Below, in pieces: positions 52,802 through 64,000 of a stretch of 64,000 bases of DNA. How positions within the stretch are numbered: the stretch's first letter is position 1; each line of letters begins with the position of its first letter. The position numbers were made by a program, and so were the translations under genes. The notes below the pieces were generated by a model. It saw only the letters and a program-made list of their open reading frames with translations, was not told where the DNA came from and did no database searches. The stretch spans positions 1,344,001 to 1,408,000 of the forward strand of contig CAWFXA010000002.1 of assembly GCA_963819655.1 (NCBI GenBank), written 5' to 3'. The DNA is from an uncultured Chloroflexia bacterium. GTDB lineage: Bacteria > Chloroflexota > Limnocylindria > Limnocylindrales > CSP1-4.

Positions 52802-53116
52802 TCAATCGAGGTGGAAGACCTCCTCGAGACGTTGGTGGAACCCCGTCGCAGGATCGGTCAGCGGGTCGATCAATGCCGCCATCTCGGCTTGCCAGCGGGC
52901 GTTGATCGGGCTGGCGGCCATCGACGCCCGGAACGCCGCGAAGTCGTCGACGACGAGGTAGGCGAACAAGTCGTCCCCCCGGATGAAGATCGAGTAGTCG
53001 CGGCAGCCAGCGGCCTTCAGTGCCGCGAGCATCTCCGGCCAGACCGCCGCGTGGCGCCGGCGGTATTCGGCTTCCTGGCCAGGCAGGAGCCGCATCGTGA
53101 ACCCCACTCGTTCCAT
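52802..53116 (-). CDS. rhaM: L-rhamnose mutarotase
   Basis: EYRRRHAAVWPEM, DYSIF, LEEVFHLD. Confidence 0.92.
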   Translation of the reverse strand: MERVGFTMRLLPGQEAEYRRRHAAVWPEMLAALKAAGCRDYSIFIRGDDLFAYLVVDDFAAFRASMAASPINARWQAEMAALIDPLTDPATGFHQRLEEVFHLD

Positions 53117-53204
53117 CGATCCTCCTCCCGAATCGGTGAGCCCCGGAAGCAGACGCCTCCGGGGCTCGGACTGCCGTTGGAGGACGGCAGGCGGCGAAGA
53201 CGAT

Positions 53205-54284
53205 CTAGAAGTTGAAATCGTCGATGTTCTCCGGGGTGAACTCGAAGGGCGGGCCGAGGATGACGACGCTCTTCTCCCCGATCGTGTAGGGCTGGTCGTT
53301 GTTGAGGCCGGGGACGCTGAACGTCTCGCCGGGGGCTCCGGTGATCTCGCCGTTGACGAGCTTCGCCGCGACGTAGTAGGCGAGGTAGCCAAGATCCGGG
53401 ACGCTCCACAGGCCGAACTTCGGCGTGGTTCCGTCCTTGACGAAAGCCTTCATGTCGTTCGGCAGCCCGAGGCCGGTGACCTTGACGGCGCTGCCCGCTT
53501 GCTTCACGACCTGCGCGGCCGCGAGGATGCCGACGGTCGTCGGCGCCACGATGACCTTCAGGTTCGGGTACTTCTGGAGCAGGCCGTTGGCCTCGGTCGT
53601 GCTCTTCGTGGCGTCATCGTCGCCGTAGACGGTCTCGACGAGCTTGAGGTTCGCGAACTTCGGGTCCTTGAGCGCGGTCTCCATGTCGGCGATCCAGGCG
53701 TTCTGGTTCGTCGCCGTCGCTGTGGCGGACAGGATCGCGATCTCGCCGGTGCAGTCGGTCGCGAGGTCGCAGGCCCATTGGGCCAAAGCTCCGCCGATGA
53801 GGCTGAAGTCGGTCTGGTTGACGAAGACGTCGTAGGCGCCTTCGGCCGGGCTGGAGTCGTACCCGACGACCTTGATGCCGGCGTCCTTGGCAGCCTTCAG
53901 GGACGGTGCGACCTCGTCGGCGCCCGTAGCGGACACGACGATGGCGCTATACCCCTGCGTGGTGGCGTCCTGGATGAACGGGATCTGCTCGGCCGCCGTG
54001 GAGCCTTGCGATCCGATCTGGGTGAACTTGCCGCCAAGTTCGGTTGCGGCCTTCTGGCCGCCCTCGGCGGCAGCGTCGAAGTACGGGTTGTTGACGGCCT
54101 TGGGGATGAACACGATGTTCAGATCACCGGCCGCGGCACTCCCCCCGGCAGATGCCGCGGCGCTCGGCGCAACGGATGCCGCCGCGCTCGGCGCCGCGCT
54201 CGAGCCCGGGCTCGAGCAGGCAGCGGCGAGCAATGCCGCGGCGGAGACCAGGGCGATGACGCGCCCGCTTCGTGTCGATGTCAC
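53205..54284 (-). CDS. rhaS: Rhamnose ABC transporter substrate-binding lipoprotein
   Basis: Lipobox; PKAVNNPYF, TATNQNAWI, APTTVGI, FGLWS. Confidence 0.9.
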   Translation of the reverse strand: MTSTRSGRVIALVSAAALLAAACSSPGSSAAPSAAASVAPSAAASAGGSAAAGDLNIVFIPKAVNNPYFDAAAEGGQKAATELGGKFTQIGSQGSTAAEQIPFIQDATTQGYSAIVVSATGADEVAPSLKAAKDAGIKVVGYDSSPAEGAYDVFVNQTDFSLIGGALAQWACDLATDCTGEIAILSATATATNQNAWIADMETALKDPKFANLKLVETVYGDDDATKSTTEANGLLQKYPNLKVIVAPTTVGILAAAQVVKQAGSAVKVTGLGLPNDMKAFVKDGTTPKFGLWSVPDLGYLAYYVAAKLVNGEITGAPGETFSVPGLNNDQPYTIGEKSVVILGPPFEFTPENIDDFNF

Positions 54285-54300
54285 TGGAAGACCTCCTCTG

Positions 54301-55360
54301 TCATGGGCTGACGACTTCACCAGGGCCGGCCGAGCCGGCCGACGTTCGTCGGCCTCCGCGAGCTCGATCCATGGCTGACTTGGCCTGATGAGCAAGGTTG
54401 GGGATGACCACCGAGACGATCAGAAGCAAGCCCACGGAGATGCTCTGGATCTCGGCCGAGATGTTCGTCAGGCGCAGGACGTTGCCCAGGATCGCGAGGA
54501 CCAATGCGGCCAGCGCGACGCCGGGGATCGTGCCCCGGCCGCCGAAGATGTTCACGCCGCCCAGCAGGACAACGGTGACCACGGTCAGGGTCATGCCCTG
54601 CCCGATATCCGCCCGGGCGCTGGCGAAGCGGGCGGTCAGGATGACCCCTGCGAGCGCCGACACCACGCCAGATAGGACGAACAACCACAGTTTGATGCGC
54701 GCCACTCGGACACCCGAGTAGCGCGCAGCGGCGGCGTTCTTGCCGACCGCGTAGATCTGGCGCCCGATCCAGGTGCCGTGCAGCACGACCCCCAGGACCA
54801 GGGCCAGGCCGAGGAAGACCAGGAAAGGCCACGGGATCGGCGTGCCCGGTACGGTGCCGAAGCCGAACGATGTGAACGATTCGGGGAAGCCGGTGACGCC
54901 CTTGGGTCCCAGGATCCCGAGCGCAAGCCCACGGAACAGCGCGAGCGTGCCCAGCGTGACGACCAGGGACGGGAGCCCGAAGCGCGTAACGAGCAGGCCG
55001 TTGAGCACGCCGCCGAGCGGCGCCGACGAGCAGCACGACTGGGATCCCGACCTCGAGCGGGATACCCGCCGCGAACAGGAAGCCGAGCAGGGCGCAGGAC
55101 AGGCCCGCCATCGATTCGACGGACAGGTCGATCTCGCCGGCGATGATGATCAGGGTCATCGCGAGGGCGATGATCGCCACCTCGATCACGGCCGTGACCA
55201 GGTTCGTGAAGTTACGCGGGGTCAGGAAGACCGGCGAGACAGTCGTACCCACCCAGATCAGCCCGAGGACGAGCACGATCAACAGCGTCTCCCACCGGAC
55301 GAGCGAGCTCAGGACCGAGCGCCCTCGGGCGCTCACAGGGGTGGTCACGGAGGCGGTCAT
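54301..55360 (-). CDS. rhaQ: Rhamnose ABC transporter permease (frameshift near 55015)
   Basis: GEIDLSV, LPSLVVTLGTL, VLLGGVNIFGG. Confidence 0.85.
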
Positions 55361-56394
55361 CGGGCACGCGCCCGCGCTGTCGAGCGCTGGAGCCGGCGCA
55401 GGAGGTATCCGTCGAGAGCGACCGCGGCCAGGATCACAATGCCGTAGATCGCCAGCAGCCAGAACTGCGAGAAGCGCAGCAGGACGAGGGCGTTGGAGAT
55501 GAAGCCCAGGAAGACCGCGCCCAGTCCCGCCCCGACGACCGTGCCGGACCCGCCGAAGATGGCGACCCCGCCGACGACCACCGCGGCCACGACCTGGAGA
55601 GTGACGCCCGTGGCGGATGTCGCGTTGATCGTCCCGAACTCCATACCCCACAGGACCCCGGCCAGCCCGGCCAGCAACCCACACGCCGAGAAAGCGACGA
55701 AGGTGACCAGGCCCGCCCGGATGCCGAGGATCTCGGCGGCCTCCGGGTTGCTGCCGACCGCATAGATCTGCCGGCCGAAGCGGGTCTGGCGAAGGACGAT
55801 CGCGGCGACCACCACGATGACCAGCGCGATCACGAAGAAGAGCGGGATCCCGACGATATTCGCCCGCGCGAGGGCCGTGTAGCCCTCCGGGAGGTCCGTC
55901 AGCGTGACCTGCTTGCCGCCCGCGAGGAGGAAGACGATTCCCCGGTAGATCGACAGCGTGCCCAGGGTTGCGACGATCGCCGGCACCCGCAGCGCACCTA
56001 CGACGATCCCATTGATCATGCCGAGGATCAGTCCGAGGAGGAGACCGGCGGCGATCGCCACGGGCATGTCGAGCAGCCGTTGCGCGAGCACATCGGCCAC
56101 GACGAAGGCGACGAGACCCATGGTCGACTCGACCGAGAGGTCGACGTTGCGGGTCAGCACGACCACTGCCTGGCCAACCGCCGCGATGCCGATGATCGAG
56201 GCCAGGACCGTGACCTGGGTCAGGTTCGAGATCGACAGGAACTGCGGCGCCTGGATGGCGACGAACGCGCCCAGAACGAGCATGACGACGAGCAGGCTCA
56301 GCTCGCGCTGGCGGGCGACGACCGCGAGGATCCCGCCAAGCGGCCCGGAGGGTGGGGCCGGCGCGGCCATGGCGACCTCAGACATGGACGCCAT
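55357..56394 (-). CDS. rhaP: Rhamnose ABC transporter permease
   Basis: TRNVDLSV, VPAIVATLGTL, VVVGGVAIFGGSG. Confidence 0.88.
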   Translation of the reverse strand: MASMSEVAMAAPAPPSGPLGGILAVVARQRELSLLVVMLVLGAFVAIQAPQFLSISNLTQVTVLASIIGIAAVGQAVVVLTRNVDLSVESTMGLVAFVVADVLAQRLLDMPVAIAAGLLLGLILGMINGIVVGALRVPAIVATLGTLSIYRGIVFLLAGGKQVTLTDLPEGYTALARANIVGIPLFFVIALVIVVVAAIVLRQTRFGRQIYAVGSNPEAAEILGIRAGLVTFVAFSACGLLAGLAGVLWGMEFGTINATSATGVTLQVVAAVVVGGVAIFGGSGTVVGAGLGAVFLGFISNALVLLRFSQFWLLAIYGIVILAAVALDGYLLRRLQRSTARARAR

Positions 56395-57919
56395 CCGCCA
56401 CGGTGTCGGCCGCCTGCCCGGTGGCCGCGAACATGACGGACTCCTCGGTCGCGTCGTCTCGGCCGATCTCGGCGGTGATCGCCCCCTCGTGCATGACGAG
56501 GATGCGATCGGACATCGCCAGGACCTCGGGCAGGTCGCTGGAGATCAGGATGATGGCCAGGCCCGAGGCCGCCAACTCCGAGATGATCCGGTGGACCTCG
56601 ACCTTGGCCCCGATGTCGATGCCGCGGGTCGGCTCATCCAGGATCAGCACCCGTGGCTCCGTGGCGAGCCACTTGGCCAGCACGACCTTCTGCTGATTGC
56701 CACCGGATAGCGCCGCGACGAGCTGATCCACCCCAGTCGTCCGGATCTGCAGCTGGTCGGCGTATCGGGCGGCGATGGCCCGCTCGGCGGATCCCCGGAC
56801 GAACAGGCGAGGGAATAGCCGCGTCAGGATCGGCAGGGTCACGTTGGAAGCGATCGAGAAGTCGAGGACGAGACCGTCCTGGTGACGATCCTCGGGCACG
56901 TAGGCGATGCCCGCCGCCAGCGCCGACGAGGGGTTGTCGAACGCCACGCTCTCTCCCCTCAGGAAGACCTCACCGCTCTCGGCGCGGTCGATCCCGAACA
57001 GGACACGCGCGACCTCCGTCCGCCCGGCCCCGACCAGGCCGGCCAGCCCGACGATCTCGCCGGTTCGGACGCTGAACGAGACATCGCGGAAGCTCTCGCC
57101 GCGCGTCAATCCGCGCAACTCCAGCAGCACCTCACCGACCGGCGACTCGACCTTGGGGAAGAGCGAGACCGCCCGACCCACCATGTGGCGGACGAGGTCG
57201 GCGGTCGTGAGCCCGGCTGTCGGAGCCGTGACGACATGACGGCCGTCCCGGAACACCGTCGCGGTGTCGCACAGGTCGAAGACCTCTTCCAGCCGGTGGC
57301 TGACGAACAGTACGGCGACGCCACGATCGCGGGTCTGGCGGACGATCGTGAAAAGGCGCTCGACCTCATGCGCGGAGAGCGAGGCAGTGGGTTCGTCGAG
57401 GATGAGGACGCGCGCCTCGATCGACAGTGCCTTGGCGATCTCGATGAGCTGCTGGTCGGCCATCGACAGCCCTCGGACGATGGCACCGGTGTCCATCCGG
57501 ACGCCCAGCCCGTCGAAGATGCGCGCCGCAGCTCGCCGCATCTCGCGCCAGTCGATGGACCCAAGGGCGGCAACCGGCGCGTGGGCCATGAAGACGTTCT
57601 CGGCAACGCTCAGGTCGGGGAAGAGACGCGGCTCCTGGTGGACGACCGCGATGCCCAACGATCGGGCGTGTGCCGGACCATGGAGCGCGATCTCCTCTCC
57701 GTCGAGCCAGATCGAACCGGAGTCCGGCTGATACACGCCGGCCAGGATCTTGACGAGGGTGCTCTTGCCTGCTCCGTTCTCGCCGACCAGGGCGTGGATC
57801 TCGCCCGCACGGAGCTCGAGCGAGACGTCGTCGAGCGCCTGCGTCGCGAGGAAACGCTTCGAGATGCCGCGGAGTTCTGCGCGCGGAGGCGTCGCCGTTT
57901 CCGGCGCAATCGCGGTCAC
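56378..57919 (-). CDS. rhaT: Sugar ABC transporter ATP-binding protein
   Basis: GENGAGKST, LDEPT, LSGGNQQKV. Confidence 0.9.
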   Translation of the reverse strand: MTAIAPETATPPRAELRGISKRFLATQALDDVSLELRAGEIHALVGENGAGKSTLVKILAGVYQPDSGSIWLDGEEIALHGPAHARSLGIAVVHQEPRLFPDLSVAENVFMAHAPVAALGSIDWREMRRAAARIFDGLGVRMDTGAIVRGLSMADQQLIEIAKALSIEARVLILDEPTASLSAHEVERLFTIVRQTRDRGVAVLFVSHRLEEVFDLCDTATVFRDGRHVVTAPTAGLTTADLVRHMVGRAVSLFPKVESPVGEVLLELRGLTRGESFRDVSFSVRTGEIVGLAGLVGAGRTEVARVLFGIDRAESGEVFLRGESVAFDNPSSALAAGIAYVPEDRHQDGLVLDFSIASNVTLPILTRLFPRLFVRGSAERAIAARYADQLQIRTTGVDQLVAALSGGNQQKVVLAKWLATEPRVLILDEPTRGIDIGAKVEVHRIISELAASGLAIILISSDLPEVLAMSDRILVMHEGAITAEIGRDDATEESVMFAATGQAADTVADGVHV

Positions 57920-58776
57920 GGTCGCCGGCCCATCGACGACCGAGCCTGGGCCCGGTCGGAGGCGGCCGACGGATCGATCAGCCGGACGTCGATGCCGCGC
58001 TCGCGGAGCCCGGCGACCATCGCGTCGGGCGAGCGCTCGTCGGTCAGGACGATGTCGATCTGGTCGGTCGGGCAGAACGTCGCGAACGCCGCGCGCTCCC
58101 ATTTCGTGCTGTCGACGATGGCGATGACCTCACGCGCGGCGGTGACCATCGAGCGCTTGATCTGCGCTTCCTCATCGGTCGCATCGCTGAGGCCCGACTC
58201 GAGCGTGAAGCCGGCGGCGCCGAGGAAGGCCTTCTGGACGTTGATCCGGCTGAAGAGACCGTCACCCAACTGACCGACGACCGACAACGCCTCCCAGCGG
58301 ACCCGGCCGCCGAGCATCAGGACCGTGATCCCGGGATGACCGGCGAGTTCGGAGGCGATCCGCAGCCCGTTCGTGATGACCGTCAGTTGGCTCCATCCGC
58401 CGCGCGCCTTGAGGTGGCGGGCGACCGACAGTGCCGTCGTGCTCGCATCCATGACGATGCTCTCGCCGTCCTGGACGAGCTCCGCGCCGGCGGCACCGAT
58501 CCGCCCCTTCTCGTCCGCCTGGAGGCGCTCCCGGATGTCGAACGACAGCTCGGGGCGGCTGCGATCCCTTGCCATCGCTCCGCCGTGCGTGCGCACGAGG
58601 CGGTCCTGGGACTCGAGCATGACGAGGTCCTTGCGGATCGTCACCGCCGAGACGTGGAACTGTTGGGCAAGGTCCGCGACCCGAGCGCGGCCGTGTTCCT
58701 CGACGATCCGGGCGATGCGCTCCTGCCGTTCACGTGCGAAGACGTCCTTCGACGAGGCGCTGGGAGGGTCGGTCAC
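57916..58776 (-). CDS. DeoR/GlpR family regulator of the rhamnose locus
   Basis: VSAVTIRKDL, RTHGGA, DASTT, VITNG. Confidence 0.92.
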   Translation of the reverse strand: MTDPPSASSKDVFARERQERIARIVEEHGRARVADLAQQFHVSAVTIRKDLVMLESQDRLVRTHGGAMARDRSRPELSFDIRERLQADEKGRIGAAGAELVQDGESIVMDASTTALSVARHLKARGGWSQLTVITNGLRIASELAGHPGITVLMLGGRVRWEALSVVGQLGDGLFSRINVQKAFLGAAGFTLESGLSDATDEEAQIKRSMVTAAREVIAIVDSTKWERAAFATFCPTDQIDIVLTDERSPDAMVAGLRERGIDVRLIDPSAASDRAQARSSMGRRP

Positions 58777-58859
58777 GGCCTGTCCTTTCCCCGGGTACGT
58801 GACGCAGCGGGGTGCGAAGGGTGGCTTCGTTTGGATCGCTCGGGCACAGTAGACGGTAA

Positions 58860-58905
58860 GCGAATGCAATGTCAAGAAAGCAATTGAAATCATATGAAAC
58901 ATGTG
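58860..58905. promoter_or_regulatory. AT-rich divergent promoter/operator of the rhamnose locus
   Basis: AT-rich tract with repeated TGAAA between the divergent operons. Confidence 0.5.
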
Positions 58906-59030
58906 GCAGGCTAGCGATGCGCACACGCCAGCCCGCTCCGGCCGGTGGGGAACGTTGCCCAGCTCCTCCGGCGCAACGCCGTCGCTTCGTCGGCCGGGGC
59001 GGGCACTACCATCGGCCGACGGAGGCACAG

Positions 59031-60196
59031 GTGACCAGCAACCCAACCGTTGTCGCGGCCCTCAGAGCACAGCGGATCGAGTTGCCCTCGTGGGCGTTCG
59101 GCAACTCCGGCACGCGTTTCAAGGTCTTTGCCCAGAAAGGCGTGCCGCGGACGCCGCAGGAGAAGGTCGCCGACGCCGCGCAGGTCAATCGCTTCACGGG
59201 CGTGGCGCCGAGTGTCGCTCTGCACATCCCGTGGGATCGCGTCGACGATTACGGCGAGCTGGCCCGACATGCGTCGGACGTCGGCGTCCGGCTGGGCACG
59301 ATCAACTCGAATGTCTTCCAGGACGACGACTACATGCTGGGCAGCGTCTGCAACCCGGATGCGGGCGTGCGTCGCAAGGCGCTCGACCACCTGCTTTCGT
59401 GCATCGACGTCATGGACGCCACGGGGTCACGCGACCTGAAGCTGTGGTTCTCGGACGGCACCAACTACCCGGGCCAGGACGACATGCGCGCCCGCCAGGA
59501 CCGGCTTGCCGAGGCGCTCGCGGCCGTCCACGCCCGGCTGGGGCCGGACCAGCGGATGCTCCTCGAATACAAGTTCTTCGAGCCGTCGTTCTACACGATG
59601 GACGTACCTGACTGGGGGACCGCCTACATCCAGTGCGTCGCTGCGGGGCCGAAGGCCGCGGTCGTCGTCGATACCGGCCACCACGCCCCGGGCACGAACA
59701 TCGAGTTCATCGTCGCGTCGCTGCTCCGGGCGGGCGCCTCGGCGGCTTCGACTTCAACTCCCGGTTCTACGCCGATGACGATCTCATGGTCGGGTCGGCC
59801 GATCCATTCCAGCTGTTCCGGATCATGCACGAGGTCGTGCAGGCGGGTGGCCTCGGCGAGGAGGCCGGCGTGGCGTTCATGCTCGACCAGTGCCACAACA
59901 TCGAACCGAAGATCCCAGGCCAGATCCGATCCGTGATGAACGTCCAGGAGGCCACCGCGAAGGCTCTCCTGGTGGATGCCGAAGCCCTCGCCGACATGCA
60001 GGGACGTGGCGACGTGCTCGGTGCCAACGCCGTCCTGATGGATGCGTACGACACAGACGTCCGACCGTTGCTCGCCGAGGTGCGCACCGGACTGGGGCTC
60101 GATCCCGACCCGCTCGCCGCCTATGCGAGGTCAGGCTACGGGGAGCGGATCGTGGCTGAACGTGTCGGTGGTCAGCAGGCGGGCTGGGGCGCATGA
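59031..60196 (+). CDS. rhaI: L-rhamnose isomerase, RhaI type (frameshift near 59730)
   Basis: ELPSWAFGNSGTRF, LHIPWD, LEYKFFEP, DTGHH, FMLDQCHNIE. Confidence 0.92.
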
Positions 60197-62254
60197 GCGT
60201 CGGGTCGCTGACCCCGAATGCGGATCCGCCGGTCGGGGCGCTGCTCGAGCGTTCGAACCGTCTGGGGTCGGACACGCGCATCACGAATTACGCCGGGGGT
60301 AATACCTCCGCCAAGGGGGTCGGGATCGATCCGGCGACGGGGGCGCCGGTCGAGCTGATGTGGGTCAAGGGCTCGGGTGGCGACCTGGGTACGCTCATGG
60401 AGACGGGCCTGGCCGTCCTGCGGCTGGAAAGGCTGCGCGCCCTCGTCGACGTCTACCCGGGGGTCGACCGAGAGGACGAGATGGTCGCCGCTTTCGACTA
60501 CTGCCTCCATGGTCGCGGCGGCGCCGCGCCGTCGATCGACACGGCGATGCATGGACTCATCGATGCCGACCACGTCGATCACCTTCACCCGGATTCGGGC
60601 ATCGCCCTGGCGACCGCCGCCGACGGGGAGGCCCGGACGCGTGAATGCTTCGGCGACCGTGTGGTCTGGGTCGAGTGGCGGCGCCCGGGTTTCCAGCTCG
60701 GACTGGACATGGCCAAGGTCCGTCGCGACCACCCCGAGGCCATCGGCGCGATCCTCGGAGGGCACGGGATCACCGCCTGGGGTGACACGTCGGAGGAATG
60801 CGAGGCGCGTTCGCTCGAGATCATCCGGACCGCGGAGCGGTTCATCGCGGACAACGGCCGGCCCGACCCGTTCGGGCCACTGATGAGGGGCTTCGAACCG
60901 CTCCCCGAAGCCGAGCGCCATGCGCGTGCCGCCGCACTACTGCCGCTCATCCGCGGCCTGGCTTCGACCGATCGCCCCGTAGTCGGGCACTACACCGACA
61001 GCGACGTCGTGCTCGATTTCCTCGCCCGGGCCGAGCACCCCCGGCTTGCGGCACTAGGCACGTCCTGTCCCGACCACTTCCTGCGAACGAAGGTGCGGCC
61101 GATGGTCCTCGATCTACCGCCGACCGCCGAGCTGGAAAAGGTCGTCGCGCGACTCCGTGAGCTGCACGAGGCGTACCGGGATGGCTACCGCGCCTACTAC
61201 GAGCGGCACGCCACGCCCGACAGCCCACCGATGCGCGGCGCTGACCCGGTCATCGTGCTCGTGCCGGGCGTCGGCATGTTCTCGTTCGGGGCCGACAAGC
61301 AGACCGCCCGTGTCGCCGGCGAGTTCTACGTCAACGCGATCAACGTCATGCGTGGCGCGGAGGCGCTGTCCACGTACGCGCCGATCGACGAGGGGGAGAA
61401 ATTCCGAATCGAGTACTGGGCCCTCGAGGAGGCGAAGCTGGCACGGATGCCAGCCCCGAAGCCGTTGGCCGCGCGCGTCGCATTCGTAACCGGGGCGGGA
61501 TCAGGGATCGGCAGGGCGATCGCCCAACGGTTGGCCGCAGAAGGGGCGTGTGTGGTCGTCGCGGACATCGATGCTGCCAGTGCGGATGCGGTCTCGCGCG
61601 AACTCGGCGGGTCCGATACGGCGATCGGCCTGACCGCGGACGTGACCGATGAGGAGCAGGTGGCCGAGGCCTTTCGGAAGGCCGTCCTGTCATTCGGTGG
61701 CGTCGACCTGATCGTCAACAATGCGGGCCTGTCGATCTCAAAGTCACTGCTCGAGACGACCGTCCGCGACTGGGACCTGCAGCACGACGTCATGGCACGG
61801 GGATCCTTCCTCGTGTCGCGCGAGGCGGCTCGGATCCTGATCGACCAGGCGATGGGTGGCGACATCGTCTACATCGTGAGCAAGAACGCCCTCTTCGCGG
61901 GTCCGAACAACGTGGCCTACGGGGCGTCGAAGGCGGACCAAGCGCACCAGGTGCGCCTGCTCGCCGCCGAGCTCGGCCAGTACGGCGATCAGGGTCAACG
62001 GCGTCAACCCGGACGGGGTCGTCCGTGGTTCGGGGATCTTCGCGAAGGGCTGGGGCGCCGATCGAGCCCGGACCTACGGGATCCCCGAGGACAAGCTCGG
62101 TGAGTTCTACGCGCAGCGAACGCTGTTGAAGCGAGAGGTACTCCCGGAACACGTCGCTGCGGCCGTGTTCGCGTTGACCGGGGGAGACCTGAGCCAGACG
62201 ACGGGTCTCCACATCCCCGTCGATGCGGGTGTCCCGGCGGCCTTCCTGCGGTGA
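60193..62254 (+). CDS. rhaD: Bifunctional rhamnulose-1-phosphate aldolase/short-chain dehydrogenase (frameshift near 61990)
   Basis: NYAGGNTSAK, PSIDTAMH, HLHPD, GTSCPDHFLRTK, IEYWALEEAK, TGAGSGIG, YGASK. Confidence 0.92.
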
Positions 62255-63696
62255 CCGGCGGGCTCGTCGCGGCCGTGGATCTCGGCGCGTCGAGCGGCCG
62301 CGTGATGGTCGGGCGGGTCGCACCGAATGAGCTGGAGCTGCTCGAGATCCACCGCTTCCCCAACGACCCAGTCCGGCTCCCGGACGGCTTCCACTGGGAC
62401 ATTCTGCGTCTCTACCACGAGGTCCTCGCCGGCCTCCGACAAGCGGCAAGCGCCGCCGACGACCTGGTCAGCATCGGCATCGACACGTGGGGCGTGGACT
62501 ACGGCTTGCTGGATGACGCCGGGTCCCTCCTTGGCGATCCGTTCCACTATCGCGATGGGCGGACCGCGGCCTCCATTGAGGTCGTACACGCGATCGTCTC
62601 GCCGGACGCGCTGTACGCCCGGACGGGACTCCAGTTCCTGCCGTTCAACACGATCTACCAGCTGGCGGCCGCGCGTGGGACCTCGGCCCTCGAGCTGGCC
62701 CGGACGATGCTGCTCATCCCCGACCTCCTGGGCTACTGGCTCTCGGGCGTTCGCGTAGCGGAGGTCACGAACGCATCAACCACGGGACTGCTCGACGTCC
62801 ATCGACGTATCTGGGACGAGGAGCTCAGCGCATCGCTCGGCATCCCACCATCGCTGTTCGCGCCCCTCGGCAATCCCGGCGAGGTGATCGGACCGCTGCT
62901 GGACGATGTCCGTCTCGAGACCGGGGTGTCCGAAGCGACCCGACTGACGTTGGTCGGATCGCATGACACGGCCTCTGCGGTCGTCGCCGTCCCGGCCGAC
63001 GTCCACGATTTCGCGTACATCGCCTGCGGCACCTGGTCGCTTGTCGGCCTGGAGCTCGATCGGGCGGTCCTGACCGAGGACAGTCGACAAGCCAACTTCA
63101 CGAACGAGGGCGGGGTCGACGACCGCGTCCGTTTCCTGCGGAACGTCATGGGTCTGTGGCTTCTCCAGGAATCCCTTCGGACCTGGGATCAGGAGGGCCA
63201 TCCCGAACGGTTGCCGGCATTGCTGATGGCCGCCGGCGAGCTTCCGCCCGGTGGACCCGTGATCGACCCGGACGACGCGTCGTTTCTCCCGCCGGGGGAC
63301 ATGCCGTCCCGGATCGCCGCAGCCTGTCGCCGACTCGATCAGCCCGTGCCGGCCACGCGGCCGGGCCTGGTGCGATGCATCCTCGACAGCCTGGCGCTGG
63401 CCTATAGCCGCGCCGTCCAGGATGCGTCGCGGCTCTCGGGGCGGACCGTGCAGGTCGTCCACCTGGTGGGCGGTGGCGCGCGCAACTCGCTCCTGTGCCA
63501 GCTTACCGCCGATGCCTGCGAGGTCCCGGTCGTCGCCGGCCCGGTGGAAGCCACCGCGCTGGGAAATGCGCTGATCCAGGCCCGAGCCAGTGGGCTCCTG
63601 GCCGGCGATCTTGAGGCTCTGCGGGCCCTCGTCCGCTCGACGCAGGACATCCGGCGGTACGAGCCAAGCACGCCGCTCGCCAGACCGGGGGAGTAG
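62251..63696 (+). CDS. rhaB: Rhamnulokinase
   Basis: DLGASSGR, DTWGVDYG, SHDTASA, GTWSLVG, FTNEGG. Confidence 0.93.
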   Translation: MTGGLVAAVDLGASSGRVMVGRVAPNELELLEIHRFPNDPVRLPDGFHWDILRLYHEVLAGLRQAASAADDLVSIGIDTWGVDYGLLDDAGSLLGDPFHYRDGRTAASIEVVHAIVSPDALYARTGLQFLPFNTIYQLAAARGTSALELARTMLLIPDLLGYWLSGVRVAEVTNASTTGLLDVHRRIWDEELSASLGIPPSLFAPLGNPGEVIGPLLDDVRLETGVSEATRLTLVGSHDTASAVVAVPADVHDFAYIACGTWSLVGLELDRAVLTEDSRQANFTNEGGVDDRVRFLRNVMGLWLLQESLRTWDQEGHPERLPALLMAAGELPPGGPVIDPDDASFLPPGDMPSRIAAACRRLDQPVPATRPGLVRCILDSLALAYSRAVQDASRLSGRTVQVVHLVGGGARNSLLCQLTADACEVPVVAGPVEATALGNALIQARASGLLAGDLEALRALVRSTQDIRRYEPSTPLARPGE

Positions 63697-63978
63697 GGAT
63701 GCGCATCGCGCATCGAGGGCGTCCAAGCGCCGCTGGAACGTGCACGTCGTGTTCGTCGAGGGCTGAGGGCCGGAACGTCTCGCCGCCGCACTCCCTCGAC
63801 ATGCGCCGGGTGCATACGAACTGTGAGGAGAGGGCTACCGACAAGCCCTTGCGCGCGCATTCACGTGGTGCATGACGATGGAGTGGCCGCGTGACCCACA
63901 GGGGCCGTGTCGCCGGGCGACGGTATCATCGGCGCCCGACTGCGCGAAGGTCACCCTCGGACCCGAGAGGAGCACGCG

Positions 63979-64000
63979 ATGAACGTCAAGGACATCGAAG
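63979..64000 (+). CDS. Start of a CDS running off the window
   Basis: GAGGAG RBS followed by MNVKDIE. Confidence 0.5.

Noticed and set aside
52802-63696. Novelty in the rhamnose locus
   Set aside because: Gene content matches the known RhaI/bifunctional RhaD/RhaB/RhaM pathway with ABC transporter and DeoR regulator.

Overview
High-GC bacterial chromosomal window. The protein families and the AGAAC-N4-GTTCT LexA box suggest Chloroflexota, probably Limnocylindria (inference). Many conserved genes carry single-base frameshifts, which is typical of an unpolished long-read assembly, so split or fused ORFs are treated cautiously. About 1-41 kb is a patchwork accessory region: a DNA-repair pair, four ECF sigma modules with readable promoters, MocR and TetR regulators, cupin/VOC/hydrolase genes, a P450, an acyl-CoA ligase with enoyl-CoA hydratase, and a decayed LuxR-AAA regulator. 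At 41.2-42.1 kb a terminator-containing leader and an atypical tRNA-His-like RNA precede a truncated rtcB; a second rtcB fragment lies 6.4 kb further downstream. At 42.3-47.9 kb a lower-GC island encodes a 5mC methyltransferase, a GHKL ATPase-PD-(D/E)xK nuclease with Vsr, and a second convergent GHKL ATPase. These are followed by nrdJ with NrdR boxes, an XRE-HTH/PD-(D/E)xK gene bracketed by four copies of a ~33 bp repeat, and a complete L-rhamnose uptake and catabolism locus. Best novelty candidates: the repeat-bracketed HTH-nuclease element, the leader/tRNA-like/rtcB unit, a MocR regulator whose duplicated operator drives two small proteins, and the dual-GHKL methyltransferase island.
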